Source: a virus. From it: a stretch of 64,000 nt of DNA. Numbering within the stretch: position 1 is the stretch's first letter; the number at the start of each line of letters is the position of its first letter. Position numbers and translations under genes: made by a program. The stretch covers positions 28,974 through 92,973 of IMG/VR virus record IMGVR_UViG_3300027763_000043; one strand, written 5' to 3'. The notes beneath the pieces are model-generated. The model saw only the letters and a program-made list of their open reading frames with translations, was not told where the DNA came from and ran no database searches. Below, piece after piece: positions 48,301 to 58,600 of the stretch.

Positions 48301-48865
48301 TACCTGATGTTACTTTAAGATTGGTGATTGTTGCTGCTATACCAGTCAGGTTGGTTACAATACCTGATGTAACGGTAAGGTTGGTGATTGTTGCTGCTAT
48401 GCCAGTCAGGTTAGTTACAATACCTGATGTTACTTTAAGATTGGTGATTGTGCCCGCTACACCAGTAAAGTTGGTAATGATACCAGATGTTACTGTGAGG
48501 TTGGTTATAGTACCCGCTACACCGGTAATATTAGTAACTATTCCAGAAGTTGCACTGAAGTTGATAATTGTACCAAGGCCAGAAATATTTAATCCAGTTC
48601 CTAAGATAGAACTAGCATTTATATTTCCAGTAAACTTACCATCTCCAATTACATCAAGTTTTACTGTTGGTACAGTAGATCCAATACCAACAAAAAATGA
48701 ACTTCCAATTTTTAAATCAGAATTTACCTGTCCACCAATACTAATATTGGTGCTAATTGCAACAGTATTTGCATTAATATTTAAGTTATTAGGGCTAGTA
48801 ATTGTTGGCGTACCAGATGCCCCGATTAAGCTAATCCTTTTTACGCCAAAATCCTTATCTGCCAT
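45332..48865 (-). CDS. Mosaic tail-fibre-like structural protein
   Basis: 20-aa TNLT repeats, NNFFG beta-roll, YYGDGS.LT and GIGTTNP motifs. Confidence 0.75.
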   Translation of the reverse strand: MADKDFGVKRISLIGASGTPTITSPNNLNINANTVAISTNISIGGQVNSDLKIGSSFFVGIGSTVPTVKLDVIGDGKFTGNINASSILGTGLNISGLGTIINFSATSGIVTNITGVAGTITNLTVTSGIITNFTGVAGTITNLKVTSGIVTNLTGIAATITNLTVTSGIVTNLTGIAATITNLKVTSGIVTNLTGIAGTITNLTVTSGIITNITGVAGTITNLTVTSGIVTNLTGVAGTITNLNVTSGIVTNLTGIAGTITNLNVTSGIVTNITVSGISTLGVTSTTDLTVQKLNVSGISTFGGFDGVLIKSENGLGIVTSANMGVGTVFYYGDGSQLTGIGTAAQAQTVSIEVDLSDQTTSIIFATDPTVSIAATLKTNPNLVFNASGSRLGIGTTNPITTVSIGGTLSFTNNNIRIGDNTTGCSITSGVHNFFAGSGAGRYNTTGKWNNFFGESAGYYNTTGCYNNFFGKEAGKGQSGQSSGKHNNIFGAGAGKTITSGSYNNFFGFGAGENATTGKYNNFFGMWAGINVVTGRYNNFFGKHSGSNSNGWHNTFFGTRSGCTQTAGDRNIAIGFEVQLPDTTGSDQLKIGSGTNSWIIGNSLFNVGIGSTNPSSKLFVEGDGYFTGIVTSSGFYVNGALIGGGSITGADIVGTGLSISGIGTIGAFNISSSTIRANNSGIITFYGDINGSPVAQGNSVGVALTAENVIGGIASVTQLHVSGISTLGITSTTSLTSKQLNVSGITTLGVTSTTDLTSQKLNVTGIATVGVGSTGILINGITGIISSSNPGITTVVYYGDGSNLTGNIPSIISNIDTNQTYYPLLSQNNSGTISSISVSSNSIVFNPALSYLGIGTTNPTTNLDVFGSIKASNNLSVSGIATVGVGSTGILIDGILGIITSSNPGITTVVYYGDGSKLTGIGSAASAQSVALSTNTTNTSTSIVFSQTPDANPTASLNSNPNLIFNASTSSLGIGTTNPTSKLWVGGSGYFIGSVTSANGFYVNGALIGSGTISGSDIAGTSLNISGIATLGTVKISSGTIKATTGIITYYGDGSQLTNLTASIGDLYELDDITSATNGYSNTFVPKYNYNTVLIENPFRLLITINGVLQSAYIHNSEYVWNTSLLCTNDGYTIDYDGYIKFTESLPVGTQVVIKTTVGSNSILPRKYPFKALDIMF

Positions 48866-48894
48866 TATACTTTTTTAGTTATTTATTTGATTAC

Positions 48895-50991
48895 TCATTC
48901 CAATTCCAATGATATATTCACACCTTCAAAGGAAAGGTTAGAACCAGATGCAAATTGTGCTGTTGAATTGGATATGGATATTTGTACAACTTGTCTAAAT
49001 GGGTTTGAAAGTACTCTATTTGTAGCGCCTCTCAAATTACTATTTCCTCTAAGATTATAAGAATCTCCAGGTAAATCTGGATTATCAGTAGAAAAGTTAT
49101 AAGATCTTGACCAATAATTTGCATCATTCACATTTGAAAATGGATCAGATAAATTAATTGCCACACTTCCATCAGTTTTCAACCAGGTACGAGTAGCACT
49201 TTGATCTGATGATCTATTATTCTGCAAGTACAATGCAATAACCGAACAAGCATTTGGTCCAGCAGCACTAGTTCCATTAAACCAAGTATCATGAAAAAAC
49301 GAATTATCGGACCTAAAATAATCTTCATAATTTGTAGTGTATCCAGCAGCCATGGTCATTTCAGCAGGAGCCCAGACATCAATCATTGGACCATTATTGG
49401 AATAACAAACTCTACGAACAGAAAAGGCAGTAGATCCTTGTCTAGATCCAGAAGGTTCAACTGCACAATCTAATGCACCAACACGTATTGATCCCTGATT
49501 ATTGGTAATATCACCAGAACCTCCTTTCTGAACTCCACCAACTCTATTAATAAATTGTGTATTAAAATCATACCAATTACCATAATCAACATCAGTTGGA
49601 TCAGAAAGTTTTTGATTATCATTACCAGCAGATGCTACAACAATACATCCCGCAGCAATTGCATTCTCCGCACCAGAATTGGAAGCATTTGAAACAAGAG
49701 TATCCAAAAATTTTCCAGAACCAGAATATCCAGTCGTTCCTACAAAAGAACCGTTATTATATGTAAAGTACATATGATTTCTTGCACTACCACAATTACT
49801 TGGTGGAGTATCATCAAATCCAGTTCCAACATAAGTTTGAGTGTTTCCTCGATATCCTATTGTATAGGTAGTTCCAAAAGTATTTCCAGTAGAAAAGGAT
49901 AAACCATAACTATTATTAATTAAGGTTGGATCAGGATCTCCACCTTGGGAAATTTTCTTTGCATTATGAAAAATAGTACAGACATTAAGTGCGGTAAATG
50001 GATCTAGATATCCACCTGCACCACTTAAAGCAATTCTTATATTCCATATATTACAATTAAAAGCAAGACCAAATGTTTTTCCACCTATTTGAGATGCACA
50101 TGCTGTTCCATGCCCACCGGCTATTTGATTTCCATTAGAATTTGGCGTTTTAGTAGACACATGTTCAAGTGTGTATAATGAAGTTAAACTAGATAACGTT
50201 CCTAAAGATAAGAATTGGGAAGATCTTTTCGAAGTATTTGTCCACCATTCATTTGCTGCTGTTGTAGCAATCCCAACTCCAACATTTACACCATCTACTG
50301 TTTTTGTATACGTTAGCCCTCTAGTATCAAAGTATGTTGGATCTACTTTATATGGTCCATCAAGTATAACATCTTTAACTCTTGTTGTTCCATCATCTTT
50401 CAAAAATTCGGGATGCAAATAAGCAACACCCTCATCAATGATTACGGCATCGACATTTGTTCCATCACGATTATAAGATAATTTAGAATCAACTTTTGAA
50501 GTTGTGACAATTCCAACTCCACGAAATGGTAAACTACTTGGAGTATTCACAAATAAATGTGACCAATTGCCTCTCACACCATTTTTATAAGTAATAGACG
50601 TAAAATCATTTCCAATAGATGCAGTTATTACTGGTTTATTAAATGCGACCTTATTGTTATAAAATCGCAATAACATCGTTGATTGTGGTTGTGGATACTT
50701 ATCAGGATTTAATTGAACACTTTCAATCTTTTCATGAGTTCTTAAAATATATGCTTCTTCTTGTGAAATTAAATATATCGCAGTTCTTAATGAAAATTCC
50801 TGCAAATTTGCACATTCTATTTTTCTATTTGGAATTCCATCAATTTCATTTTCATTAATAATATAATTATGAATTTCTTCCCAATCATTTTCATCGTTAA
50901 CTATGACAATATATTCATCAATTGGATCTGGAATATATTCAATTATTTCTACAGGAAAAGATGATCTAAAACTAGGATTAATTATTTCCAT
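48895..50991 (-). CDS. Subtilisin-like (S8) serine protease
   Basis: Catalytic triad VIIDEG / GHGTACAS / NGTSAAGP; SAGN oxyanion motif; N-terminal prodomain. Confidence 0.9.
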   Translation of the reverse strand: MEIINPSFRSSFPVEIIEYIPDPIDEYIVIVNDENDWEEIHNYIINENEIDGIPNRKIECANLQEFSLRTAIYLISQEEAYILRTHEKIESVQLNPDKYPQPQSTMLLRFYNNKVAFNKPVITASIGNDFTSITYKNGVRGNWSHLFVNTPSSLPFRGVGIVTTSKVDSKLSYNRDGTNVDAVIIDEGVAYLHPEFLKDDGTTRVKDVILDGPYKVDPTYFDTRGLTYTKTVDGVNVGVGIATTAANEWWTNTSKRSSQFLSLGTLSSLTSLYTLEHVSTKTPNSNGNQIAGGHGTACASQIGGKTFGLAFNCNIWNIRIALSGAGGYLDPFTALNVCTIFHNAKKISQGGDPDPTLINNSYGLSFSTGNTFGTTYTIGYRGNTQTYVGTGFDDTPPSNCGSARNHMYFTYNNGSFVGTTGYSGSGKFLDTLVSNASNSGAENAIAAGCIVVASAGNDNQKLSDPTDVDYGNWYDFNTQFINRVGGVQKGGSGDITNNQGSIRVGALDCAVEPSGSRQGSTAFSVRRVCYSNNGPMIDVWAPAEMTMAAGYTTNYEDYFRSDNSFFHDTWFNGTSAAGPNACSVIALYLQNNRSSDQSATRTWLKTDGSVAINLSDPFSNVNDANYWSRSYNFSTDNPDLPGDSYNLRGNSNLRGATNRVLSNPFRQVVQISISNSTAQFASGSNLSFEGVNISLELE

Positions 50992-50992
50992 A

Positions 50993-53900
50993 TCAAATCA
51001 TTGTCTCCCTACTAAATCTATAAGTTACTAGTCCACTTACACCACTTTCTGGAGTAAACAATAATTTACACATACCAGAAGAAACTGTTGCTCCGACTGA
51101 AACTATCAAACTTGGTTCAAACATAATTCCATATTCTTGAGAATATGCAGTTGTACCATTTTGCATCAAAAGAACCTTCTGTGCCTGCATGGAACTTGCA
51201 GATTGAACATAAATGGTATATTCTGCAGTTCTAAAATTGATAGAGGAAATTGAAAAACTGTCAATATCAGTACTTACACCAACAGAAGCTGAAAATGTTC
51301 CAACTCCTGTTTTTACACCATATATCTCAACTTGAATTGGTGTTGTTGGATTTGTGGACCCTATTCCCAAATTACCACTTACAAAAGCGCCACCAGTGAC
51401 TTGGAGTGGTTGTGATAGTGTTCCTGTTGAGGATCCAGTACTAATTAATACTGGACCGTTAGTAAATGTGGAAAGTCCAGTAACTTGGAGATCGGTAAAT
51501 GTATTAGGTGCATTAGCGATTGCCGTTTCAATTGTTTCCGTGGTTATAGCATCAAGAGAAGCAATGTTTTGCAGTTGTCTTGAAGAACTAATAACTTGAC
51601 TTGTACCAATATAATATGCGTTAGAAGTTGTAATTCCAGAAACATAAAGATTAGTTGCTGTTGCAATTCCTAAAGTAGCAATTCCAGTAATATTTAAATT
51701 TGTAAATGTTGCTGCTATACCAGTAATATTGGTAATGATACCTGATATTACATTAAGATTGGTTATAGTCGCTGCAACACCAGTAATATTGGTTACAATA
51801 CCAGATGTTACTGTAAGGTTGGTAATCGTACCGGCAATACCAGTAAAGTTGGTAATGATACCTGAAGTAACATTAAGGTTAGTAATAGTAGCAGCAATAC
51901 CAGTAAGGTTGGTTACAATCCCAGATGTTACTGTAAGGTTGGTAATCGTACCAGCAATACCAGTTAAGTTGGTTACGATACCTGAGGTTACTGTAAGGTT
52001 GGTAATCGTACCCGCTACACCAGTCAGGTTGGTTACGATACCTGATGTTACATTGAGATTCGTAATAGTACCAGCGATACCAGTAATATTGGTAATGATA
52101 CCAGATGTTACTGTAAGATTAGTAATAGTACCAGCGATACCAGTTAAGTTAGTTACAATACCCGATGTAACGGTAAGGTTCGTAATCGTACCAGCGATAC
52201 CAGTCAGGTTGGTTACGATACCTGATGTAACATTAAGATTCGTAATAGTACCAGCAATACCAGTCAGGTTGGTTACGATACCTGATGTAACATTAAGGTT
52301 GGTAATAGTACCAGCAATACCAGTAAAGTTGGTAATGATACCTGATGTAACATTAAGGTTGGTAATCGTACCAGCAATACCAGTAAAGTTGGTTATAATA
52401 CCAGATGTTACTGTGAGGTTGGTGATAGTACCAGCAATACCAGTAAAGTTGGTTACGATGCCTGAGGTTACTGTGAGGTTGGTTATAGTACCCGCCACAC
52501 CGGTAATATTGGTAATAATACCCGATGTAACGGTAAGGTTAGTAATCGTACCGGCAATACCAGTCAGGTTGGTTACAATACCCGATGTAACATTAAGACT
52601 GGTTATAGTGGCAGCAATACCAGTTAGGTTGGTTACAATACCCGATGTAACATTAAGACTGGTTATAGTGGCAGCAATACCAGTAAGGTTAGTTACAATA
52701 CCTGATGTTACTTTAAGATTGGTGATTGTGGCAGCTACACCAGTAATATTAGTAATGATACCTACTGTTGCATTAAAATCAGTAATAGTACCAGCAACAC
52801 CGGTAATGTAAGTGATAATTCCTACAGTACTGCTGATATCAGTAAAACTACCAGTTATAGCAGTAATTTGAGTATCAGTAACCTGAACCCCACCAACTGC
52901 TAAACGAACACCATTTGGTACAAGTGTAGATCCAATTCCAATTGCCTGATTAGATAACCAAGAATCGGTTGTACCAACACCATAAGTTCCCCCCTTAACC
53001 CACATAAATTGCTTATATGTATTTGGAAGACTACTAAGTCCAGTTCTTCCTAATGGAACTAACCAAGAACCTTCAGTACTTGCAATTGCAATGCCACCAT
53101 GATTTGCAGTATTATCCGTAGAAATATCATTTCCAAATGCATCAGTAGTAATACCAATTATAATATCCTTATCTTTAACTTGTAATGAAGCAACAGCAAA
53201 AATTGCATTAGTACCACCAACACTAACACTTCCAGTAATATTTAAATCACCAAAAACTGTAAAACTGTTTGAAGTCTGTAATCTATCCGCAGATACAGTA
53301 CCAGCATTTAAATTAGACGCATTTTGATAAAAAGTCCCAGGTTGATCATTCAAATACTGAACATTTAAATTTGAAACTAATGTAGATGAAGCAACAGAAA
53401 TTGGAGCAGTTCCATATACTATAGTAGAATCAAATCTAGATGCAGTTATAATACCAGAAGAATTAATATTAGTATTTGAAATATTGGCAATCGTACCAAT
53501 ACCAGTATAATTTAAATTAGTACCACTAAGATTGGTGATTGTGGCCGCTACACCAGTCAGGTTGGTTACAATACCTGAGGTTACATTAAGACTGGTAATT
53601 GTGACTGCTACACCAGTCAAGTTAGTTACAATACCCGATGTAACATTAAGATTTGTAATAGTACCTGCTACACCAGTAATATTAGTAATGATACCTGAGG
53701 TAACATTCAGATTCGTAATCGTACCTGCGATACCAGTTAAGTTGGTTACGATACCTGATATTACTGTAAGGTTCGTAATCGTACCCGCTATGCCAGTCAG
53801 GTTGGTTACAATACCTGATGTAGCATTCAGATTTGTTATAGTAACCGCTATGCCAGTTAGATTAGTTACGATACCTGAAGTAACATTAAGGTTGGTTATA

Positions 53901-55327
53901 GTACCAGCAATACCAGTTAAATTAGTTACAATACCAGAGGTAACATTGAGATTCGTAATCGTACCAGCAATACCAGTAATATTGGTAATGATACCAGAGG
54001 TAACGTTAAGACTGGTTATAGTACCCGCTACACCAGTAATATTGGTAATAATACCTGAGGTAACATTAAGATTAGTGATTGTTGCTGCTACACCAGTAAT
54101 ATTAGTAACTATTCCAGAAGTTGCATTGAAATTGGTTATAGTACCAATACCAGTATAATTTAAATTAGTACCACTAAGATTCGTAATAGTACCAGATACA
54201 CCAGTAATATTGGTAATAATACCAGATGTAACATTGAGATTAGTAATTGTTGCTGCTACACCAGTCAGGTTGGTAATAATCCCCGATGTTACTGTAAGGT
54301 TAGTAATCGTACCAGCGATACCAGTCAGGTTAGTTACAATACCCGATGTGACATTAAGGTTGGTGATTGTTGCTGCTACACCAGTCAGGTTAGTTACAAT
54401 ACCTGAAGTAACATTAAGGTTGGTGATTGTTGCTGCTACACCAGTCAGGTTGGTAATAATCCCCGATGTTACTGTAAGGTTCGTAATCGTACCCGCTACA
54501 CCAGTCAGGTTGGTTACAATACCTGAAGTAACATTAAGGTTGGTGATTGTTGCTGCTACACCAGTAATATTGGTAATAATACCTGATGTTACTGTAAGGT
54601 TAGTAATCGTACCAGCAATACCAGTCAGGTTAGTTACAATACCCGATGTAACATTAAGGTTCGTAATCGTACCCGCTACACCAGTCAGGTTGGTTACAAT
54701 ACCTGAAGTAACATTAAGGTTGGTGATTGTTGCTGCTACACCAGTAATATTGGTAATAATACCTGATGTAGCATTAAGGTTCGTAATCGTACCCGCTACA
54801 CCAGTAATATTGGTTACAATACCTGAAGTAACATTAAGGTTCGTAATCGTACCAGCGATACCAGTCAGGTTGGTTACGATACCAGAGGTAACATTAAGGT
54901 TGGTTATAGTAGCTGCAATACCAGTTAAATTGGTTACAATACCAGAGGTAACATTAAGGTTGGTTATAGTACCAGCAACACCGGTAATATTGGTAATAAT
55001 GCCTGATGTTACTTTAAGATTTACAATACTCCCAATACCAGTTATATTCCCATTTCTAGCAGTAAACTCATCAACTGTTAGATCATTGGAAATATATAAA
55101 TCTCTACCAACGTATAAATCTCCACCAGTAGTCGTAATACCTCCAGAAGATGCAAGTGTAGTAACTCCGGTTATTTCAGTATCACCAATGACATATAATT
55201 TTCTCCCCCCAGCGTTTGTCGTTCCAATGCCAACTTTACCAGTTACTTCAATAACTGTCTTATTTTCGGTATAAGAACTAATACCTACTTTAAGATTTTG
55301 TTGTCTACCGCTGAGATATTGCGACAT
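50993..55327 (-). CDS. Fibre-like structural protein with extensive 20-aa tandem repeats
   Basis: TNLTG(I/V)AGTITNL(N/T)VTSGI(V/I) repeated roughly 40 times in two blocks. Confidence 0.8.
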   Translation of the reverse strand: MSQYLSGRQQNLKVGISSYTENKTVIEVTGKVGIGTTNAGGRKLYVIGDTEITGVTTLASSGGITTTGGDLYVGRDLYISNDLTVDEFTARNGNITGIGSIVNLKVTSGIITNITGVAGTITNLNVTSGIVTNLTGIAATITNLNVTSGIVTNLTGIAGTITNLNVTSGIVTNITGVAGTITNLNATSGIITNITGVAATITNLNVTSGIVTNLTGVAGTITNLNVTSGIVTNLTGIAGTITNLTVTSGIITNITGVAATITNLNVTSGIVTNLTGVAGTITNLTVTSGIITNLTGVAATITNLNVTSGIVTNLTGVAATITNLNVTSGIVTNLTGIAGTITNLTVTSGIITNLTGVAATITNLNVTSGIITNITGVSGTITNLSGTNLNYTGIGTITNFNATSGIVTNITGVAATITNLNVTSGIITNITGVAGTITSLNVTSGIITNITGIAGTITNLNVTSGIVTNLTGIAGTITNLNVTSGIVTNLTGIAVTITNLNATSGIVTNLTGIAGTITNLTVISGIVTNLTGIAGTITNLNVTSGIITNITGVAGTITNLNVTSGIVTNLTGVAVTITSLNVTSGIVTNLTGVAATITNLSGTNLNYTGIGTIANISNTNINSSGIITASRFDSTIVYGTAPISVASSTLVSNLNVQYLNDQPGTFYQNASNLNAGTVSADRLQTSNSFTVFGDLNITGSVSVGGTNAIFAVASLQVKDKDIIIGITTDAFGNDISTDNTANHGGIAIASTEGSWLVPLGRTGLSSLPNTYKQFMWVKGGTYGVGTTDSWLSNQAIGIGSTLVPNGVRLAVGGVQVTDTQITAITGSFTDISSTVGIITYITGVAGTITDFNATVGIITNITGVAATITNLKVTSGIVTNLTGIAATITSLNVTSGIVTNLTGIAATITSLNVTSGIVTNLTGIAGTITNLTVTSGIITNITGVAGTITNLTVTSGIVTNFTGIAGTITNLTVTSGIITNFTGIAGTITNLNVTSGIITNFTGIAGTITNLNVTSGIVTNLTGIAGTITNLNVTSGIVTNLTGIAGTITNLTVTSGIVTNLTGIAGTITNLTVTSGIITNITGIAGTITNLNVTSGIVTNLTGVAGTITNLTVTSGIVTNLTGIAGTITNLTVTSGIVTNLTGIAATITNLNVTSGIITNFTGIAGTITNLTVTSGIVTNITGVAATITNLNVISGIITNITGIAATFTNLNITGIATLGIATATNLYVSGITTSNAYYIGTSQVISSSRQLQNIASLDAITTETIETAIANAPNTFTDLQVTGLSTFTNGPVLISTGSSTGTLSQPLQVTGGAFVSGNLGIGSTNPTTPIQVEIYGVKTGVGTFSASVGVSTDIDSFSISSINFRTAEYTIYVQSASSMQAQKVLLMQNGTTAYSQEYGIMFEPSLIVSVGATVSSGMCKLLFTPESGVSGLVTYRFSRETMI
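51700..55020 (-). repeat. Two blocks of degenerate 60-bp coding tandem repeats (about 51700-52830 and 53530-55020)
   Basis: 60-nt periodicity visible; variation is mostly synonymous. Confidence 0.9.
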
Positions 55328-55336
55328 TTTGGAGTA

Positions 55337-55678
55337 TTAGTTGAGTGTTTCTAGAATACTTGCAATGAATTTCATATTACTTCCATCACTTGCAGATAAT
55401 ACAAGTGTATCACCAGATTCAAGAACCAATTTCCCTGGCAAAAGATTTGAAGTATCATTACCAGAAATTGGAAAATCTTTTAAAATTTCAGTTGTTACAG
55501 CAATTCCAACAAAAGTTCTCTTATGAAAAAAAGAAATCGTATGCGTATTTGAGTCTACATTTGATGCCTGAGCCAGAAGAACAACGCCAGTATATCCAAT
55601 TGGGGCAGTATAAATTCCAACTGGATTTATTGGTGCTACTTTTGTAATTGTCTTAAATACGTTAAGTGCTAATGCCAT
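55337..55678 (-). CDS. Small structural/hypothetical protein
   Basis: YTAP.G...VVL.AQ..N, GKLVLESGD, SILET. Confidence 0.65.
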   Translation of the reverse strand: MALALNVFKTITKVAPINPVGIYTAPIGYTGVVLLAQASNVDSNTHTISFFHKRTFVGIAVTTEILKDFPISGNDTSNLLPGKLVLESGDTLVLSASDGSNMKFIASILETLN

Positions 55679-55684
55679 TTTTTA

Positions 55685-58600
55685 CTAACCTCCGAGTGCA
55701 AGAATAAATGGTGTCATAGTAGAGAACAAACTCTTCGAATAAAATCTACCAGAAATAGTTCCAGTTTGTTGATTAATTGCAACACCTTCACCAATTCTAA
55801 AATTACCAGATTGATCAGTAGATGTAAAAACTACCAATCCACCATTTCTAGAATCAGTCTCATTATCTTGAATTGGAACTCCTCCCCTCAATGGAACAGC
55901 GCTTGCAATATCATTACCAGATCCAATATATTCAAAAGAATGCCCAGAAGCTAATACTCTACTTTGCTTGTAGAAAAGAACCTCAGTACCAACTCCTACA
56001 GAATAAGGAAGATTTTCATTTACGGTAATCGTAGTAATTCCAGAAGAAACTGGAGTAGATCTCAAAATGGAATAGTAAGTAGGCAATAATTCAATTGTTG
56101 CCGTTGCTGTATTTATTCCAATATTCGGGGAACTAATTGTTATTGTTGGAGATTTAGTATATCCTCTTCCATTTGATACAATTTCAAATCCAGTAACCGA
56201 TCCACCACTAATTACTGCAACTGCTGTTGCCACTACTCCCCAAGAAGTATCTGGTTCCGAAATTGTTACTGTTGGGGTAGTAATATATCCAGTGCCACCA
56301 AATCCCACAGTTACTTTCCCAACAGTGGAATATAAATCCCCAAAATAAACTACTTGCCCATCAAATGGTCGGACTACATTTATTTTAGCAGTTCCAGTAT
56401 TAGGAACATAAGTATGTGGTTGAGTTGCAATACCAACATTCATCGTGAATACAGTACTTGCCATTGAAACTGATGGAAGTCCAGTCAAACTTCCCTGACC
56501 AACAAATGTAGTCAGAATTCCAACAAGATTATCAATATTTGATTTAACATCAGAACAAGACAATGGATCCGTATTAGAACCAGTTAGAGGATCTATAGCA
56601 ACAGTCAAGTCCTTCACATTTAACATATTGTTAATTGCAAGTTTAGAATAATCACGAACTGCATTAAATGCAGTAATTGATTCCACAGTTTCACCAACTA
56701 ATCCATTAGAAATTGGAGTTCCCGAACTTGTAAAATATGACTTTGTTGCTGCAATAATACTTTTATTTGTATAGTTTTTAACATCAGAAGCAACGGCATC
56801 AACAATATAACCAAGATCTCTTTTACACTTAGATTCACCTGCCAAAAATGTTCCACGATTTATAGTAATATTATTGAGAATGTTTAGATTACCAGCACCA
56901 ATTGCTTGAGTTGAAATACTAACAAGAGTATCAATTGAATCTCTTACATTTGTACAGGAATATGGATTTGTATTTGAGGTAGTTCCAATTCCTGGATTTG
57001 GATCTGCAGTGATTGTAAGATCCCTCACATTTAATTGGTTTGTAATCGCCTTCTTAGCATAATCACGAGCACTATTAAATGCATAGATCGATTGAGATTC
57101 TTCACCCAGAAGTGCGGTCGTAGCAGACCCAACACTAGTAAAGTATTGTTTAGTAAATCCAATTGTATAAGAATTTCCACCAGTAAACAAATCGGTAGAG
57201 ATAGCATCCACAAAGTAACCAATATCTCTAGCACACTTATTTGTTGTAGAAATACCAAGATTTGTTGTGGGTAATGAAGTTGTATTTCCTATTCCAATTA
57301 CAGTAGTGATGATACTAACCAGAGTATTAATACTATTCTGAACATCAGCACATGCATTCTCATTTCCAGATTGATCAACTGTAATTGTATTTCCAGTACC
57401 AACATAAGTTGACAATCCAGCACTAACTAAAAGATTCTTAGAATTCAATTGATTTGATACTGCTTTCTTAGCATAATCTCTTACAGCATTGAAGGCAGTG
57501 ATTGATTCATTTGTTTCACCAACTAATCCATTAGAAATTGGATTACCAGAATTATCAAAATACTTTAATACAAATCCTTTTGCATAAGCATTACCACCAG
57601 TAAATACATCAGTTGCAAGGGCATCAATCAAGTATCCAATATCTCTAGCACATTTTGTTCCACCAGTGGTAAAACTACCGAGATTTGTTGTTGGTAATGA
57701 AGATGTATTTCCTGCACCAATTGTAGTAGTAACAATGCTTGTTAAAGTATCAATATTATCCTGCACATCAGAACAAGATAATGGACTTGTATTTGCAACT
57801 GGGAATGGACTTCCGGATCCTATTCTAGCAGGCCCAGTAGTAAGAGTTAAATCAGAATACCCAGCGCCAACAAGATTATTTGTTATTGCATTCTTCATTA
57901 AATTTCTTGCTTGTTCGAAGGCAAAAATTGATTCGACAGTTTCACCAACTAATCCATTTGAAATTGGATTTCCTGCACCATTAAAATATTGTAAAGTGAA
58001 TTGTTTTACATAATTATTTCCACCAGTAAAGACATCGGCAGACACTGCATCAAGAAAAAATCCAATATCTCTTTTACACTTTACTTGAGTTGCAGAAATA
58101 CTTGGATATGAATTATAAGTATTGGTCCAAGCAGTTCCAACAATCACATCTCGGTTTCTTTGAATTAAACGATACGCATCATAATATCTCGATCTACTAT
58201 TTGTTTGAGAATCTCCAGGAAAATAAAAATCAGAATGAGCAATCGCAACTACAGCAAGTGATTTATCAATAATTTCTTGTTTATTGATTTGAATTAAACG
58301 AGAAGCATCATAATAACGATTTTGATTATAAGGAACAGGGTCCGTGGGAAATCTAAAGGATGATGGAAAACCAACAGCAATAGAAGCAAGTGATTTATCT
58401 ACAATTTCTTGCTTATTTTGTTGAATTAAACGATAAGAGTCCTTATATCGATAAGAAACATCATTTACAGAATCTCCAGGAAAAACAAAATCTGGATGAT
58501 TGATTGCAATTGCTGCAAGAGATTTATCAACGATTTCAGTTCTATTTGATGTGATTAAATTGCCTGCATCAATATATCTTCCAGGAGCAACCGATTTAAT

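Noticed and set aside
51700-55020. Regular 60-bp periodicity resembling a CRISPR array
   Set aside because: No constant repeat with unique spacers; variation is at synonymous positions of an open frame; no cas operon.
48006-55274. Long plus-strand ORFs (48006-48878, 51729-52811, 53532-54158, 54210-55274)
   Set aside because: Antisense shadows of the 20-aa repeat coding sequence; no independent expression signals or motifs.
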